Shown here one piece after another: positions 46,844 to 55,981 of a stretch of 64,000 bases of DNA (positions within the stretch are counted from its first letter, which is position 1; every line of letters begins with the position of its first letter). The notes beneath the pieces were generated by a model. The model was given only the letters and a program-made list of their open reading frames with translations, made no database searches and was not told where the DNA came from. A program made the position numbers and the translations under genes. This DNA comes from Chthoniobacterales bacterium (GTDB taxonomy: Bacteria > Verrucomicrobiota > Verrucomicrobiia > Chthoniobacterales > UBA6821), in contig JBAPTI010000016.1 of NCBI GenBank assembly GCA_049282095.1, forward strand, positions 11,295 through 75,294, in the 5' to 3' direction.

Positions 46844-48103
46844 ATGTCATCGCTTTCGACCGCCGATCTTTACCGTGACTACGTGATGCCGACCTACGGC
46901 CGGTTCGATCTGGCCCTAGCCCGGGGGGAGGGATCGAGCGTGTGGGATGAGGAGGGGAAGGAATACCTCGATTTCGGCGCGGGGATCGCTGTCTGCTCGC
47001 TCGGCCACAGCCACCCGAAGCTCTCCAAGGCGATCGCCGAGCAGGCCGCCCGCTTGGTTCACACCTCCAATCTCTACCTCACGCGGCCTCAGGGTGAACT
47101 CGCGAAGCTTGTTGTCGATCTGGTCGGTCTGGGCGGGAAGGTCTTTTTCTGCAACAGCGGCGCCGAGGCGAACGAAGGGCTCTACAAGCTGGCGCGGAAA
47201 TTCGGCGCTCCCACCGGTCGCCACGAGATCATCACGTTCACCAATTCCTTCCATGGCAGGACGCTCGGCGGCATCAGCGCCACCGGCCAGGAGAAGGTGA
47301 AGGCCGGATTTGCCCCCTTGGTGGAGGGATTCGTCCATGTTCCGTTCAATGACCTTGCCGCCGTGGAGGCCGCCATCACCCCCAAGACCGCCGCGATCCT
47401 GCTCGAGCCCGTCCAGGGCGAGGGAGGGATTAATCCCGCGACTCCCGAATTTCTCAAAGGTGTCCGCGCCCTCTGCGACAGGCACAATCTGCTGCTTCTC
47501 TTCGACGAGGTGCAGTGCGGCTTCGGGCGGACGGGTGACTGGTGCGCCTGGAGGACAATCGTCCCCTCCGGAGTGGAGCCCGATGCCGTGAGTTGGGCCA
47601 AGGGGATCGCAAACGGATTTCCGCTCGGGGCTTTCTGGGCCGGAACACGGAGCACTGGACCTGATGCCGATGGCAACGAAAGGGGGCCTCTCTGTGACCT
47701 GCTCGGTCCCGGCACTCATGGCACGACCTACGGGGGCAATCCCCTCGCCGCGACCGCAGGACTCACGGTTCTCGAGGCGATCGGTGAGGAGGGATTGCTC
47801 AAGAATGCCAGGGAACTTGGCAATCACCTCATGCGGTCGCTGGAGGCGATGAAGCTGCCGGCTATCCGGCTTGTACGCGGCGTTGGCCTGATGATCGGAA
47901 TCGAACTGAACGATCTCCCCGCCTCATTCGGCGGGGAGGGGTTCCCATCCATCCGCGCCACCAAGGAGCTGATGAAGGCGGGGCTTTTCGTGATTCCCTC
48001 CGGAGAGAGGACGATCCGGTTGCTCCCTCCGCTTAATATCACTAAGGCCGAGGCCGACAAGGCACTGGGGATCCTGAAGAAGGTTCTCTCTGGTGGTTCC
48101 TGA
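46844..48103 (+). CDS. argD: Acetylornithine aminotransferase (class III PLP aminotransferase)
   Basis: 419 aa with GAGIAVCSLGHSHP, DEVQCGFGRTG, and WAKGIANGFPLG (PLP lysine region). Confidence 0.88.
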   Translation: MSSLSTADLYRDYVMPTYGRFDLALARGEGSSVWDEEGKEYLDFGAGIAVCSLGHSHPKLSKAIAEQAARLVHTSNLYLTRPQGELAKLVVDLVGLGGKVFFCNSGAEANEGLYKLARKFGAPTGRHEIITFTNSFHGRTLGGISATGQEKVKAGFAPLVEGFVHVPFNDLAAVEAAITPKTAAILLEPVQGEGGINPATPEFLKGVRALCDRHNLLLLFDEVQCGFGRTGDWCAWRTIVPSGVEPDAVSWAKGIANGFPLGAFWAGTRSTGPDADGNERGPLCDLLGPGTHGTTYGGNPLAATAGLTVLEAIGEEGLLKNARELGNHLMRSLEAMKLPAIRLVRGVGLMIGIELNDLPASFGGEGFPSIRATKELMKAGLFVIPSGERTIRLLPPLNITKAEADKALGILKKVLSGGS

Positions 48104-48111
48104 AGATTTTC

Positions 48112-48271
48112 TTAATCAGGAAATCAAGAAATCAGGAAAAAAAAGGAGACTGATTGGTGAGACTGTTGCTCGTGGATCTGCCGCGAGATACCCCGTCTCC
48201 CTTTTTGCTCTCTTCCGATTCCTGAGTTCCACATTCATCATCTCTGTGTTTCCGCGCCTTTGCGGAAAAAT
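48112..48271. repeat. Family-D hairpin, copy 2, plus conserved 47-nt tail, downstream of argD
   Basis: Left arm TTAATCAGGAAATCAAGAAATCAGGAAAAAAAAGGAGAC (48112-48150). Right arm GTCTCCCTTTTTGCTCTCTTCCGATTCCTGAGTTCC (48195-48230). The tail ATCTCTGTGTTTCCGCGCCTTTGCGGAAA matches 761-790. Confidence 0.85.
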
Positions 48272-48303
48272 CAACAATCTTCCTACGCGCTCAGACGGCT
48301 TTC

Positions 48304-49158
48304 TTAAGCAGCTTTCTTCTTCGACTTGGAGGATTTCTGAGCGGCGGGTGCCGCTGCTGGTGACGCTGAAGGCGTGGGTGCGGGATTCTTGCTCTCCATG
48401 GCAAGCAGTTCGGAAACGGTCACGAACTTGAAGCCCTTTGCGAGGAGGGCGTCGAAGGTTGCGGGCATCGCCTCGATGGTGCCGGGGTGGATGTCATGGG
48501 CGAGGATGATGGATCCCGGTTGTGTTCCGGCGAGGATGCGTTGCGTGATGACTTGGGGGCCGGGTCGCTTCCAGTCAAAGGGATCGACAGACCAGAGGAT
48601 GACCTTCATGCCGTATTCCTTCTCGATCGCCTTGTTGAGACGCGGGTTGGTGGCGCCGTAAGGAGGGCGCATGAGGGTGACCGGCTTGCCGGTGGTCTTG
48701 GTGATCGTCGCGGAGGTGTCGGCCAGTTCGTGCTGGAGGCCGCCTTCACCCAGCTTGTTCAGCGCCTTGTGATCCCAGCTGTGGTTGGCGATCTCGTGTC
48801 CCTCGGCGAGGGCGCGCGCGATGATCTCGGGATGTTCCTGAGCAAGCTGGCCGAGGACGAAGAAGGTGGCCTTGATGTTGCGCTGCTTGAGCATGTCGAG
48901 CAGGCGCGGGGTCAGCACGGCGCTCGGCCCGTCGTCGAAGGTCATGGCTATATAGGGAGCATCGACGCGGATCGCGGTGTAGCAGGTGCGCTCTCCGGCT
49001 TGGGCTGGAAGCTCCTGCGGTGTCTGCATCGCCATGGCCTGAGGAGAGGCTGTAGGTGCGACTTCCTCGGCGGTGGCGACGGACTGCATCGCAGTGAGCA
49101 TGACGGCGGCGCAGGCAAGTGCGCCTGCTGAAAATCTGGAAAGGGGTTTCATTGGCAT
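48304..49158 (-). CDS. Secreted polysaccharide deacetylase (CE4/NodB domain)
   Basis: NodB motifs MTFDDGP, HSWDH, and LAHD. Signal peptide MPMKPLSRFSAGALACAAVMLTAMQSVATA from ATG 49158. Ala/Pro/Lys-rich tail. Confidence 0.85.
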   Translation of the reverse strand: MPMKPLSRFSAGALACAAVMLTAMQSVATAEEVAPTASPQAMAMQTPQELPAQAGERTCYTAIRVDAPYIAMTFDDGPSAVLTPRLLDMLKQRNIKATFFVLGQLAQEHPEIIARALAEGHEIANHSWDHKALNKLGEGGLQHELADTSATITKTTGKPVTLMRPPYGATNPRLNKAIEKEYGMKVILWSVDPFDWKRPGPQVITQRILAGTQPGSIILAHDIHPGTIEAMPATFDALLAKGFKFVTVSELLAMESKNPAPTPSASPAAAPAAQKSSKSKKKAA

Positions 49159-49237
49159 GATCCTGAACAACCTGACACAAACCGCGAAAGTTGCACGCCC
49201 GGATCTTCCGCTGAGTGGCATCCAAGCGATCGGGCGA

Positions 49238-50140
49238 TCAGACAACCGGGATCAAGGCCTTGGCCCTGGGGGTCAGTAGGCTCAGGAACTCCAGGAGGGA
49301 TGGCTTGTCGGGAATCGGTCTGCGGGTGACCGCACCCATGGGCCGCCAGATCCTCTCTGCATCGATCGGCCTCGAGACAAGGCGTCCCTGTTTGATTTCC
49401 TGACGCACGGAGGTCTCGGGAATGATGGAGATGGCCTGTTCGGCCTCCACAGCAGCCTTCACGGTTTCGATATTCTCGAGTTCGGCGACCAGCGTGACCT
49501 TCACGCCCGCCTGACGCAGCACTTTGTCGAGATGCTGGCGGGTCGGAATATCGGGTGTGAGGCCGACGAAGCGCTCTCCGTCGAGTTGCTGAAGCGAGAT
49601 GGGGCGTTTGCCTCCAAGGGGATGCTTCGGGGGCATCACGAGCACGAGTTTCTCCTGCCAGCAGGTGATGGCACGCAGGCCGGGTCGCGCCTTCGGATAG
49701 GCGACCAGTCCGAGATCCGCCCTGCCATCGCCGACGGCATCGTAGATCTCCTCGGCCTTGCGGTAGTCGACGGTGACCTCGACGCCGGGATGGTTCTTGC
49801 GGAACTGCCGCAGCAGCGGCGGGAGGTCGTGGAGCGCGATGCTGATGACGCTGGCCACGCGGAGCTTGCCTCCGAGTTTGCCACGCGCGACACGGAAGCG
49901 CGAGCCGAGGCTGTCGTAGCGGGCCAGGATGTCGCGGCAGACCTCCAGGTAGATGCGACCCTCGGGCGTGAGGGTGAAGTGGTTGTTGCTCCGGTCGACG
50001 AGCGGGACGCCGAAGCGCTTCTCCACCGCGCGGATCTGCTGGCTCACCGCGCTCTGGGTGATGCCGCTCGCCTCGGCGGCGCGGGAAAAGTTCCCCGTGT
50101 CGCAGAGATCGCAGAAGACCTTGAAGCCCTCGATATGCAT
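49238..50140 (-). CDS. LysR-family transcriptional regulator
   Basis: From ATG 50140: MHIEGFKVFCDLCDTGNFSRAAEASGITQSAVSQQIRAVEKRFG (LysR wHTH) plus a substrate-binding domain. The track N-extension was rejected. Confidence 0.88.
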   Translation of the reverse strand: MHIEGFKVFCDLCDTGNFSRAAEASGITQSAVSQQIRAVEKRFGVPLVDRSNNHFTLTPEGRIYLEVCRDILARYDSLGSRFRVARGKLGGKLRVASVISIALHDLPPLLRQFRKNHPGVEVTVDYRKAEEIYDAVGDGRADLGLVAYPKARPGLRAITCWQEKLVLVMPPKHPLGGKRPISLQQLDGERFVGLTPDIPTRQHLDKVLRQAGVKVTLVAELENIETVKAAVEAEQAISIIPETSVRQEIKQGRLVSRPIDAERIWRPMGAVTRRPIPDKPSLLEFLSLLTPRAKALIPVV

Positions 50141-50153
50141 GGGGCAGAGTCTG

Positions 50154-50178
50154 CCTTGGTTTCTACGAAAACCCCAAG
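50154..50178. promoter_or_regulatory. Imperfect dyad in the LysR/yggS divergent region (candidate LysR box)
   Basis: CTTGGTTT-CTACG-AAAACCCCAAG lies 14 nt upstream of the LysR start. Confidence 0.3.
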
Positions 50179-50226
50179 ACCAAATCACATCCCCTCGCGT
50201 CAACACTCCTTTATCAACCCTTTCCC

Positions 50227-50907
50227 ATGCCCACTCCCGCTGAAAATCTCGAGATCGTCCGCTCCCGCATCGCCTCGGCGGCCACAAGGGCCGGCCGCGA
50301 CACCGCCGACGTGGAGCTTGTGGCGATTTCCAAGACTCATCCCGCCGGGTTGATCCGCGAGGTGGCGGAGGCCGGTCAGGAACTTTTCGGGGAGAGCCGC
50401 GTGCAGGAGGCGCTCGTGAAGATTCCGGAACTGCCGGGCCGGCTGCGCTGGCATTTCATCGGGCACCTTCAGGCGAACAAGGTGCGCAAGGCGCTCCCGC
50501 TCTTCGAACTGATCCACGGCGTCGACACGATGGAGATCGCCCGGGACATCGACCGGATCGCCGCCGAGTTGGGGCTCCATCCGCGCGTCTTGATCGAGGT
50601 GAATGTCTCGGGCGAGGGGAGCAAGCACGGCTTCACGCCGGAGGCGCTGGAGCGCGGACTGGAGGAACTGCTCGCTCTGCCGCGGCTGCAGGTGGAGGGA
50701 TTCATGACCATGGCACCGCTTGCCCCGGAGGCGGAGGCCTCGAGACTTTTTTTTGCCGCGCTCAGAACGCTGCGCGACCGCCTTGCGGTGCAAGCGGGCA
50801 TTCCGTTCCCCACGCTCTCGATGGGTATGAGCGGTGACTACGAGGTGGCGGTGGAGGAGGGGGCCACCCTGGTTAGGGTCGGTTCCGCCATCTTTGGAGG
50901 GCGATAG
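50227..50907 (+). CDS. yggS: YggS-family PLP homeostasis protein
   Basis: 226 aa with VELVAISKTHP (PLP lysine), HFIGHLQANKV, and LSMGMSGDYEVAVEEGATLVRVGSAIFG. Confidence 0.9.
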   Translation: MPTPAENLEIVRSRIASAATRAGRDTADVELVAISKTHPAGLIREVAEAGQELFGESRVQEALVKIPELPGRLRWHFIGHLQANKVRKALPLFELIHGVDTMEIARDIDRIAAELGLHPRVLIEVNVSGEGSKHGFTPEALERGLEELLALPRLQVEGFMTMAPLAPEAEASRLFFAALRTLRDRLAVQAGIPFPTLSMGMSGDYEVAVEEGATLVRVGSAIFGGR

Positions 50908-50992
50908 GGAACCGCAGCGGTTCCTTAAAAAAATCCGCCTAATGGAAGATTTTTGAAGTCAAAATTGCTGAACTACGCTACGGGTAGTGGTC

Positions 50993-51610
50993 ATGTCAGA
51001 CTTTCACGAGGAAAACGACGAACTGCTTGATCTCGAGCAGACACCATCAGCGGAAGAACTTCAAAGTCAGGTCAAGCGGGCTCAGTCCGAGCTCCTGCAA
51101 CTGCGCCAGCGCCAGGACCAGATCGAGAAGGAGAAGCAGCGCCTCGAGGAGCTGACTCGCCGCCAGGAGGATCTGGAGCGCGGCCGCAACGAGATCGCCG
51201 ACAAGCTCTCCCGCGCCATCATCCTCGTCCAGCGCGAGACCGAGGAGGCCCAGCGCCGCCTCGAGCAGCTGAACACGATCCAGGATTCCTTCGCCGAGCA
51301 TCTCCGCAATCTCGAGGAGATCGACCCCAAGGGGTGGAACGGCCGCGACCTTCCCCGCGAACTCACCCGCGCGCTCGGCACCGTGGACGAGGCCCGCTCC
51401 GCCTACGCCCGCTCCCACGCCAAGATCGCCCCCGTGGCGGATCCGGAGTCGGGACTACCGATCGACAGCAGCGCGATGTTCTCCGATCTCGGTGATCAGG
51501 GATTCGCCTACTGGCTCCGCAGCGGTCTCGCCTTCACGCTTCCGCTTGTTGTCTTGGGTGCGATCGCCCTCCTTGTCTGGATCTGGCACCTGATGACCGC
51601 TCCGCGGTAA
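50993..51610 (+). CDS. Hypothetical coiled-coil protein with a C-terminal TM anchor
   Basis: ~205 aa with heptad-rich, Q/E/R-rich sequence (QLRQRQDQIEKEKQRLEELTRRQEDLERGRNE). One TM segment near the C-terminus (LPLVVLGAIALLVWIW). Confidence 0.5.
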   Translation: MSDFHEENDELLDLEQTPSAEELQSQVKRAQSELLQLRQRQDQIEKEKQRLEELTRRQEDLERGRNEIADKLSRAIILVQRETEEAQRRLEQLNTIQDSFAEHLRNLEEIDPKGWNGRDLPRELTRALGTVDEARSAYARSHAKIAPVADPESGLPIDSSAMFSDLGDQGFAYWLRSGLAFTLPLVVLGAIALLVWIWHLMTAPR

Positions 51611-51625
51611 TCCATCATCCCGGTC

Positions 51626-52060
51626 ATGGCGTTTTTTTCCTCCCCGGGCAGGCGCGCTCAGAAAACAGGCTCCAAGCCCGCATCAAGGCCCCCTGCCAAA
51701 CCGGGAGGAAAGCCGCTCGACGAGGATCGCGTGCGATTGGAGCGCGAGATGGCGGAGCTCACCCGTCAGGCCGAGGAGGCCGAGCGGATGGCTGCGAAAA
51801 AAATGCGTGATCTCGAGGAGCTTCCCAAAAAGATCGCCGAGCGTCGGCGCAAGCAGCAGGAAATGATCCACATGCGTGCCGTCCTGACCGCCACCGATGA
51901 TGTGTTCGGACGGCCCCGTGACAAGCGCCATGCACCGCTCCGACGCTCCGGACCCAAGCGGATGACCCGACCGGAGCAGCGCGCCGCAAGGATGCAGTTC
52001 CTCATGCTCTGCATCGTCCTCGGTGTGATCCTGATCCTGCTCTGGAAATCGATCCGGTAG
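51626..52060 (+). CDS. Hypothetical basic coiled-coil protein with a C-terminal TM anchor
   Basis: 144 aa with a Lys/Pro/Arg-rich N-terminus, a coiled coil, and a terminal TM FLMLCIVLGVILILLW. Confidence 0.45.
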   Translation: MAFFSSPGRRAQKTGSKPASRPPAKPGGKPLDEDRVRLEREMAELTRQAEEAERMAAKKMRDLEELPKKIAERRRKQQEMIHMRAVLTATDDVFGRPRDKRHAPLRRSGPKRMTRPEQRAARMQFLMLCIVLGVILILLWKSIR

Positions 52061-52111
52061 AAATCCTCCGGCAACCGCTTTCTTGCGATTTTTCCCGCCT
52101 CTCCCTAGCTT

Positions 52112-53218
52112 TTGGAGATGACCAAGAGCTCCACCGCGGCCCCCGAAGCAAAAGGGGCGAAGGGAGGGAAGAAAAAAACTGCTCCCGCCGCGCCCAAGGG
52201 AAAGAGCGCTGCCGGGATTCCGGGTGCCCCCGTTTCCAAGGAGTTGGCCCGCCGCGCCTACTGTTCGATGCTCGAGGCACGACTGCTCGAGGAAAAACTC
52301 GCCGCGCTCTACCGCTCAGGCAAGATCGTCGGCGGCGTTTTCCTAGGACGCGGCCAGGAGGCTCTTAGTGTGGCTCTCGGTGTCCATCTGCGCCGCGGTG
52401 ATGTCTACGCCCCACTGATCCGCGACCAGGCAGGACGCCTTGCCTTCGGCGACACGATCCTCGACACCCTCCGCACCTATCTCGGATCCTCGCTCGGTTC
52501 GATGCGCGGGCGCGACGGCAACATCCACCGGGGGCGGCCCTCCGAGGGATACCACGCGATGATCAGCCATCTCGGGGCGATGGTCTCCACCGTCTGCGGC
52601 GGACTCATGGCGAAACGTTTCCGAGGTGAGACGGGGGCCGTCGGTGCCACCTGCATCGGCGAGGGAGGGACCTCCACGGGCAGCTTTCACGAGGGGATGA
52701 ACATGGCGGCCGTCGAGAAGTTGCCGCTTGTCGTGGTCGTCGCCAACAACCAGTTCTCCTACTCGACGCCGAACGACCGCCAGTTTGCCTGCGGCGACCT
52801 GATGGCCCGGGCCGAGGGCTATGGGGTGACCGGGCGCCGCGCTGTCGGAAACGATCTGGTCGACTGCCTTGCCGTACTCGGTGAGGCCGTGGTAGCCGCA
52901 CGTGCGGGCAAGGGTCCCCAGTTGGTGGTGGCGGATCTCCTGCGACTCGTCGGTCACGGGGAGCATGACGACGCCTCCTACATTCCTGCGGAGCTAAAAG
53001 ATTCCCCGCTCGGACGCGATTGTCTGGAGATCGCCCGCGAGACCCTGCTGGAACGCGAGTGGCTCACCGCCAAGGAAGCCGCCGACTGGCATGCCGCCGT
53101 GGAGAAGGAGGTCGAGGAGACCGCCTCCAAGGTGCTTCGCGAGCCTGCGCCAGATCCCTCCGAGGAGGATTGGAATGCTTTCTCGGCTCTTGGAAGGAAC
53201 GGGGAGGAGGCGCGATGA
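52112..53218 (+). CDS. 2-oxoacid (pyruvate/branched-chain) dehydrogenase E1 alpha subunit
   Basis: ThDP-binding fold GEGGTSTGSFHEGMNMAAVEKLPLVVVVANNQFSYSTP. A Lys/Ala-rich N-terminal extension is present. Confidence 0.88.
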   Translation: MEMTKSSTAAPEAKGAKGGKKKTAPAAPKGKSAAGIPGAPVSKELARRAYCSMLEARLLEEKLAALYRSGKIVGGVFLGRGQEALSVALGVHLRRGDVYAPLIRDQAGRLAFGDTILDTLRTYLGSSLGSMRGRDGNIHRGRPSEGYHAMISHLGAMVSTVCGGLMAKRFRGETGAVGATCIGEGGTSTGSFHEGMNMAAVEKLPLVVVVANNQFSYSTPNDRQFACGDLMARAEGYGVTGRRAVGNDLVDCLAVLGEAVVAARAGKGPQLVVADLLRLVGHGEHDDASYIPAELKDSPLGRDCLEIARETLLEREWLTAKEAADWHAAVEKEVEETASKVLREPAPDPSEEDWNAFSALGRNGEEAR

Positions 53219-54189
53219 GCAACTCCTCCATCACCTACCTTGAGGCGATCCGCCTGGCCCAGCAGAAGGCACTTGCCGAGGATCCGCGGGTCTTCATCTA
53301 CGGCCAGGACATCGGCGGCTTCGGCGGCGCCTTCAAGGCGACCAAGAATCTGGCCAAGGAATTTCCGGGACGCGTTCTCGACGCGCCGATCAGCGAGGAT
53401 GCCATGGTCGGGCTTGCCATCGGCGCGGCAGTCGAGGGAATGCGCCCGATCGTCGAGATGCAGTTCGCCGATTTCTCGACCTGCGGCTTCAACCAGATTG
53501 TCAATCAGGCCGCGACACTCCACTACCGCACCGGCACACCCTGTCCGATCGTTGTCCGTCTTCCCAGCGGCGGCACTCCCGGAAGTGGTCCCTTCCACAG
53601 CCAGAGCATGGAGGCGATCTACGCCCACTATCCGGGCATCGTCGTGATGACGCCGGCGACCGTGGAGGATGCCTATACCATGCTGCTCGAGGCTGTCGCC
53701 CTCGACGACCCTGTCATCTTCTGCGAGCACAAGTTCCTCTACTATCACCTCAAGGCGGAGAAACTCCCCGATGAGGCCCTCCCCTTCGGAAAGGCTCGGA
53801 TCACGCGTCCCGGCAGGGATGCCACCGTGGTCGCCTACGGGGCCATGGTCCACGAGGCGGTCGCCGCCGCGGAGGAACTCTCCCACGACGGCTACGACAT
53901 CGAGGTGGTCGATCTCCGCACGGTCAGGCCGATCGACACCGACACGATCCTGGCCTCCGTCGCCAGGACAGGAAGGCTTCTCGTGGTCGGGGAGTCATGG
54001 CCCTGGGGAGGTGTCGCCGCCGAGGTCATCTCGCGTGTCGCCACCGAGGGATTCGGGTTGCTCGACGCCCCCCCGCAGCGGCTCAATGCCAAGGAAACCC
54101 CGGTGCCCTATCATCCCGCTCTCTGGGGAACGCACAGGCCCACCGCCTCCTCCGTCGCCAACTCCCTCCGTCAACTCCTGGAACTTTAA
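53215..54189 (+). CDS. 2-oxoacid dehydrogenase E1 beta subunit
   Basis: From ATG 53215 (ATGA overlap with E1 alpha): MSNSSITYLEAIRLAQQKALAEDPRVFIYGQDIG...RVLDAPISEDAMVG. Confidence 0.9.
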   Translation: MSNSSITYLEAIRLAQQKALAEDPRVFIYGQDIGGFGGAFKATKNLAKEFPGRVLDAPISEDAMVGLAIGAAVEGMRPIVEMQFADFSTCGFNQIVNQAATLHYRTGTPCPIVVRLPSGGTPGSGPFHSQSMEAIYAHYPGIVVMTPATVEDAYTMLLEAVALDDPVIFCEHKFLYYHLKAEKLPDEALPFGKARITRPGRDATVVAYGAMVHEAVAAAEELSHDGYDIEVVDLRTVRPIDTDTILASVARTGRLLVVGESWPWGGVAAEVISRVATEGFGLLDAPPQRLNAKETPVPYHPALWGTHRPTASSVANSLRQLLEL

Positions 54190-54219
54190 TCCCGCGATTT
54201 TCCAACACGCTCCCTCGCC

Positions 54220-55452
54220 ATGTTCCCTTCACCCGAGTCCAAGAATCTCCTCCCGATCATCATGCCTCAACTCGGCGAGTCCATCGCCGAGGCGACCATC
54301 GTGCGCCCGGCTTTCGCCGTCGGAGACCGCGTGGAGGCCGACACCGACCTCCTCGAGGTGGAGACCAACAAGGCCGTGATGGGCGTCACCGCTCCCTGCA
54401 GCGGTATTCTCCACGAACTCACGGCCGTGACCGGCGAAAGCTACGCGGTGGGAGCCACACTCGGTTACCTGGAAATCAGCGACGAGGATGCCGAGCGACT
54501 CGGTCTCCACGATGCACCCCCGCCACCGGTGGAGAAGCCGAAGCGGGGCAAGGCTTCCGGCGCATCCCCGGTTGACTCTTCCAAGCCCGCGAAGAAGGCT
54601 GTCGAGCCCACGGTCAGCGGCCTTCCCGTTCCCGCCCATGCGGGTGGGGCCAGCTTCCTCTCCCCTCGCATGAAGGCGCGGATGGCGGAACTCGGGCTCC
54701 ATGCCGCGGATCTCGCCGGAGTCGCCGGAAGCGGAGCCGGAGGGCGCGTCACGATCGACGATCTGGAACGCTTCCTGCAGGACTTGGAGCGCAACACGAT
54801 TTCCCCCGCCTCCTCGATGCGCGTGGCCGTCGCCGACGCGATGCGCCGCAGTTGGACCCGTCCGCTCGCCACCGTCGTGCTGCCCGTCCAACTCGACACG
54901 CTCCTTGCCCATCGCAAGCGGCAGACCATCAAGGCGGGCCCAGCGCTCTACGCCCTTCGCGCCCTTGCCATGGGGCTTTCAGAGATGCCGGCCACCGCGG
55001 GACGGCTCATCGGCGACCGCTTGATCCATCCCCGATCGATCGATATCGGCTTTGCCGTGGAGGCCGAGGACGGGGTTCTTGTCCCGGTGATCCGTCATGC
55101 CGAACAATTTCCGCTGGCCGATCTCGTCGAGCGTTACAACCGGCTCGTCGAGTTGGCCCGTGCGCGCCGCCTCCCCGGTTCGGACACGGGCGGCTCGATC
55201 GCCACGATCACGAATTACGGCGTCTTCGGCCTGACCATGGCCACACCGATTCCGCTTCCCGAGCAGACACTCCTGCTTGGCATGGGAGCCGGCCGCATCA
55301 CCCCCTCATGGGATCCCGAGAAGAAGACCTTTGTCCCGGTGACCGAGGCGCAGTTCACGCTCAGCTTCGACCACCGGGTTCTCGACGGCGGTGCCGCAGG
55401 ACGACTGCTCCAGCGGGTGGCGGGACTGCTTGGCACACCCGAGGAATTGTAA
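54220..55452 (+). CDS. Dihydrolipoamide acyltransferase E2 component
   Basis: Lipoyl domain (IIMPQLGESIAEATI...EVETNKAV), peripheral subunit-binding domain (SPRMKARMAELGL), catalytic DHRVLDG. Confidence 0.9.
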   Translation: MFPSPESKNLLPIIMPQLGESIAEATIVRPAFAVGDRVEADTDLLEVETNKAVMGVTAPCSGILHELTAVTGESYAVGATLGYLEISDEDAERLGLHDAPPPPVEKPKRGKASGASPVDSSKPAKKAVEPTVSGLPVPAHAGGASFLSPRMKARMAELGLHAADLAGVAGSGAGGRVTIDDLERFLQDLERNTISPASSMRVAVADAMRRSWTRPLATVVLPVQLDTLLAHRKRQTIKAGPALYALRALAMGLSEMPATAGRLIGDRLIHPRSIDIGFAVEAEDGVLVPVIRHAEQFPLADLVERYNRLVELARARRLPGSDTGGSIATITNYGVFGLTMATPIPLPEQTLLLGMGAGRITPSWDPEKKTFVPVTEAQFTLSFDHRVLDGGAAGRLLQRVAGLLGTPEEL

Positions 55453-55464
55453 GAAGAGGAGTTG

Positions 55465-55516
55465 GAAGGGTATCTCCCTTCTAACGTTGTAACTTTTCCA
55501 CTTTTTAACGCTTACG
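55465..55516 (+). terminator. Hairpin GAAGGG-TATCT-CCCTTC followed by a T-rich solo family-A arm
   Basis: Lies 13 nt after the E2 stop. The downstream CTAACGTTGTAACTTTTCCACTTTTTAACGC resembles the right arms of the family-A hairpins. Confidence 0.4.
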
Positions 55517-55579
55517 GCTTCACGCCCGAGCGGTGAAATATTTCGCAACTTTTGAATCGGGGCGGTGTTTCCCCGAGTG

Positions 55580-55951
55580 ATGAAAACACCGCAGATCACC
55601 ACCCTCCTGATGATTCCCCTCTTTGGCGTGATGCCGCTCGTGGCCCAGAGCGGTGCGCCCAACCCAACCCCGGCCTGCAGTCCTGCCGACGGTCACGGAC
55701 GCCATGCCAAAAAGGATTTGGCAAATCTCACCGATGCTGAACGCCAGCAACTCAAGGCGGCCATGAAACAGATCAAGAATGATCCCCAGTTGGTTGCTTC
55801 CCGCGAAGCCGTGAAGGAGGCTCAAACCAAGGAGGCCCGTATCGCGGCAATGCAGGAAAATCGGAAAATCCGCCACGATCTTCTCCTGAAGGCCGATCCC
55901 TCGCTTGCCTCCATCCTGGCCAAGATTCGCCCAGGGAAACCCGTCGAATAA
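55580..55951 (+). CDS. Secreted helical repeat protein, 1 module (LTxxE[RK]xxL ... DPS..ILAKI)
   Basis: Signal peptide MKTPQITTLLMIPLFGVMPLVAQ. One module: LTDAERQQLKAAMKQIKNDPQLV...LLKADPSLASILAKI. Confidence 0.6.
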   Translation: MKTPQITTLLMIPLFGVMPLVAQSGAPNPTPACSPADGHGRHAKKDLANLTDAERQQLKAAMKQIKNDPQLVASREAVKEAQTKEARIAAMQENRKIRHDLLLKADPSLASILAKIRPGKPVE

Positions 55952-55981
55952 TCATCACGAACAAACCTGCAACCATTCCCT

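Noticed and set aside
50908-50924. Palindrome GGAACCGC-A-GCGGTTCC right after yggS, considered as an intrinsic terminator.
   Set aside because: It is followed by TTAAAAAAA rather than a U-tract on the plus strand, and there is no minus-strand gene to serve. It may still be a weak or Rho-assisted stop, but I did not score it as a feature.
53020-53214. N-terminal extension of the E1-beta track ORF. Similar extensions occur at 21606-21710 (tmk), 22276-22350 (holB), 28746-28835 (thiS), 49159-49245 (deacetylase) and 50141-50287 (LysR).
   Set aside because: The extensions overlap the preceding gene or a repeat element and lack family similarity. Internal ATGs give canonical N-termini and typical start-stop overlaps.
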